Shown one piece after another: positions 63,067 through 64,000 of a DNA stretch of 64,000 nt. The stretch comes from Felis catus (taxonomy: Eukaryota). The stretch spans positions 13,394,001 through 13,458,000 of the forward strand of contig NC_058383.1 in the NCBI RefSeq assembly GCF_018350175.1, written 5' to 3'. Below the pieces are notes generated by a model. That model was not told the DNA's origin. It worked only from the letters and a program-made list of their open reading frames with translations, and did no database searches. The translations under genes and the position numbers were made by a program. Each line of letters begins with the position of its first letter. The first letter of the stretch is position 1.

Positions 63067-63297
63067 TGGCTCAGCCGTTTAGGCATCTGACTTCGGCTCA
63101 GGTCATGATCTCAGAGCTAGGCTCCTGAGTTCGAGCCCCGCGTCTGGCTCTGTGCTGACAGCTCAGAGCCTGGAGCCTGCTGCAGATTCGGTGTCTCCCT
63201 CTCTCTCTCTGCCCCTCCCCTGCTCGCACTTTGTCTCTCTCTCTCTCTCTTTCTCTCTCTCTCAAATTAAATAAATAAACATTAAAAAAAATTTTTT
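63067..63297 (+). mobile_element. CanSINE, slightly 5'-truncated
   Basis: Starts at tggctcag; TSD gtgggcc(a/c)cagtag. Confidence 0.93.
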
Positions 63298-63324
63298 TGA
63301 GTGGGCCCCAGTAGAAGAAGAATA

Positions 63325-63415
63325 TTGTAGAATCACAGAATTTTAGACCCAAGGAAAGAAAACTTGGGAGTCACCTGGTGTCACAAAAGGTGTCTAATTT
63401 CCTCTCAGATTTCAG
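63325..63415 (-). mobile_element. MIR fragment
   Basis: agaatcacagaattttaga...aacttgggagtcacctggt. Confidence 0.4.
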
Positions 63416-64000
63416 ACTGACTGGGTGTTTGTGAATTCTGTGAAGAAGTGGCAGCAGTAAATATTATGCGGGGCCACAGAAAGAAGGCTGCCGCACTTGT
63501 CATATTTAGTTGATAGAAGTAATGAACCATAATGAGCAGGGGGTTTGTGGAAGAGAAGGAACAGAGGATGAAAAAGATAAAATAGGGAGAATTGCCTCCT
63601 CCTCAAGAAATGCCTCTCTTCTGACGTGTATCAGCTTTCAATATCCCTACAGATATTTTACAGGAATTGCTACCTCTTTAAACATTTATGCTATTAAAAA
63701 ATCAGGCCAATTGTTGACATAAACCTAACATAGCAGCTGCTATATAGACAGAATATGAATTTTTTATGCTGTTGATGAGAAGTTTATGTCATTTATGTGC
63801 TATAGTAAGGGTACAAGATGGATTTTGAATCCTGAAAAAGCTGCCATTGGCACCATTCAGAATATTAGCTGTGCTTTGAGTCAAAATATGAAGATGGCTA
63901 TATTTTTTGGTGTGTGTGTTTCCGTGCAAACCGGCTTATCTGTGGGTGGGGTGGGAGAAATCGCTGTACCTGGGGAAAATAGTAATGGTTTTCTTTTGTT

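Noticed and set aside
1..64000. CRISPR arrays, operons, prokaryotic defence systems, or naming a host gene
   Set aside because: The sequence is mammalian with no repeat-spacer periodicity, and no exon matched any protein I recognise, so no gene symbol is assigned.

Overview
Mammalian, non-coding, repeat-rich genomic DNA from a carnivore, almost certainly a felid. About 29 CanSINE copies are present, several of the felid SINEC_Fc type, plus a felid-type L1 3' end. I found no credible protein-coding gene, RNA gene or CRISPR array. The ORF track is explained by SINE/L1-derived or chance ORFs. Much of the window is transposable element: CanSINEs, ancient L1M, L2, MIR, ERVL/MaLR solo LTRs, hAT and Tigger DNA transposons. 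One ~9 kb nested TE stack spans 28.4-37.6 kb. Between the repeats are four repeat-free, homeodomain/TALE-motif-dense blocks (about 3.3-4.5, 20.4-21.3, 48.6-50.0 and 53.0-54.3 kb) that look like conserved developmental enhancers. Two of them are flanked by small CpG-rich patches. The best reading is a very long intron or gene desert within a genomic regulatory block; I could not identify the host gene. I did not find a convincing previously undescribed system. The most testable leads are the enhancer-like blocks, TSD-flanked micro-insertions, closely spaced inverted SINE pairs and a few cryptic or recursive splice-site candidates. Repeat subfamily names come from recalled consensus sequences, not from a database search, and boundaries of old repeats are approximate.
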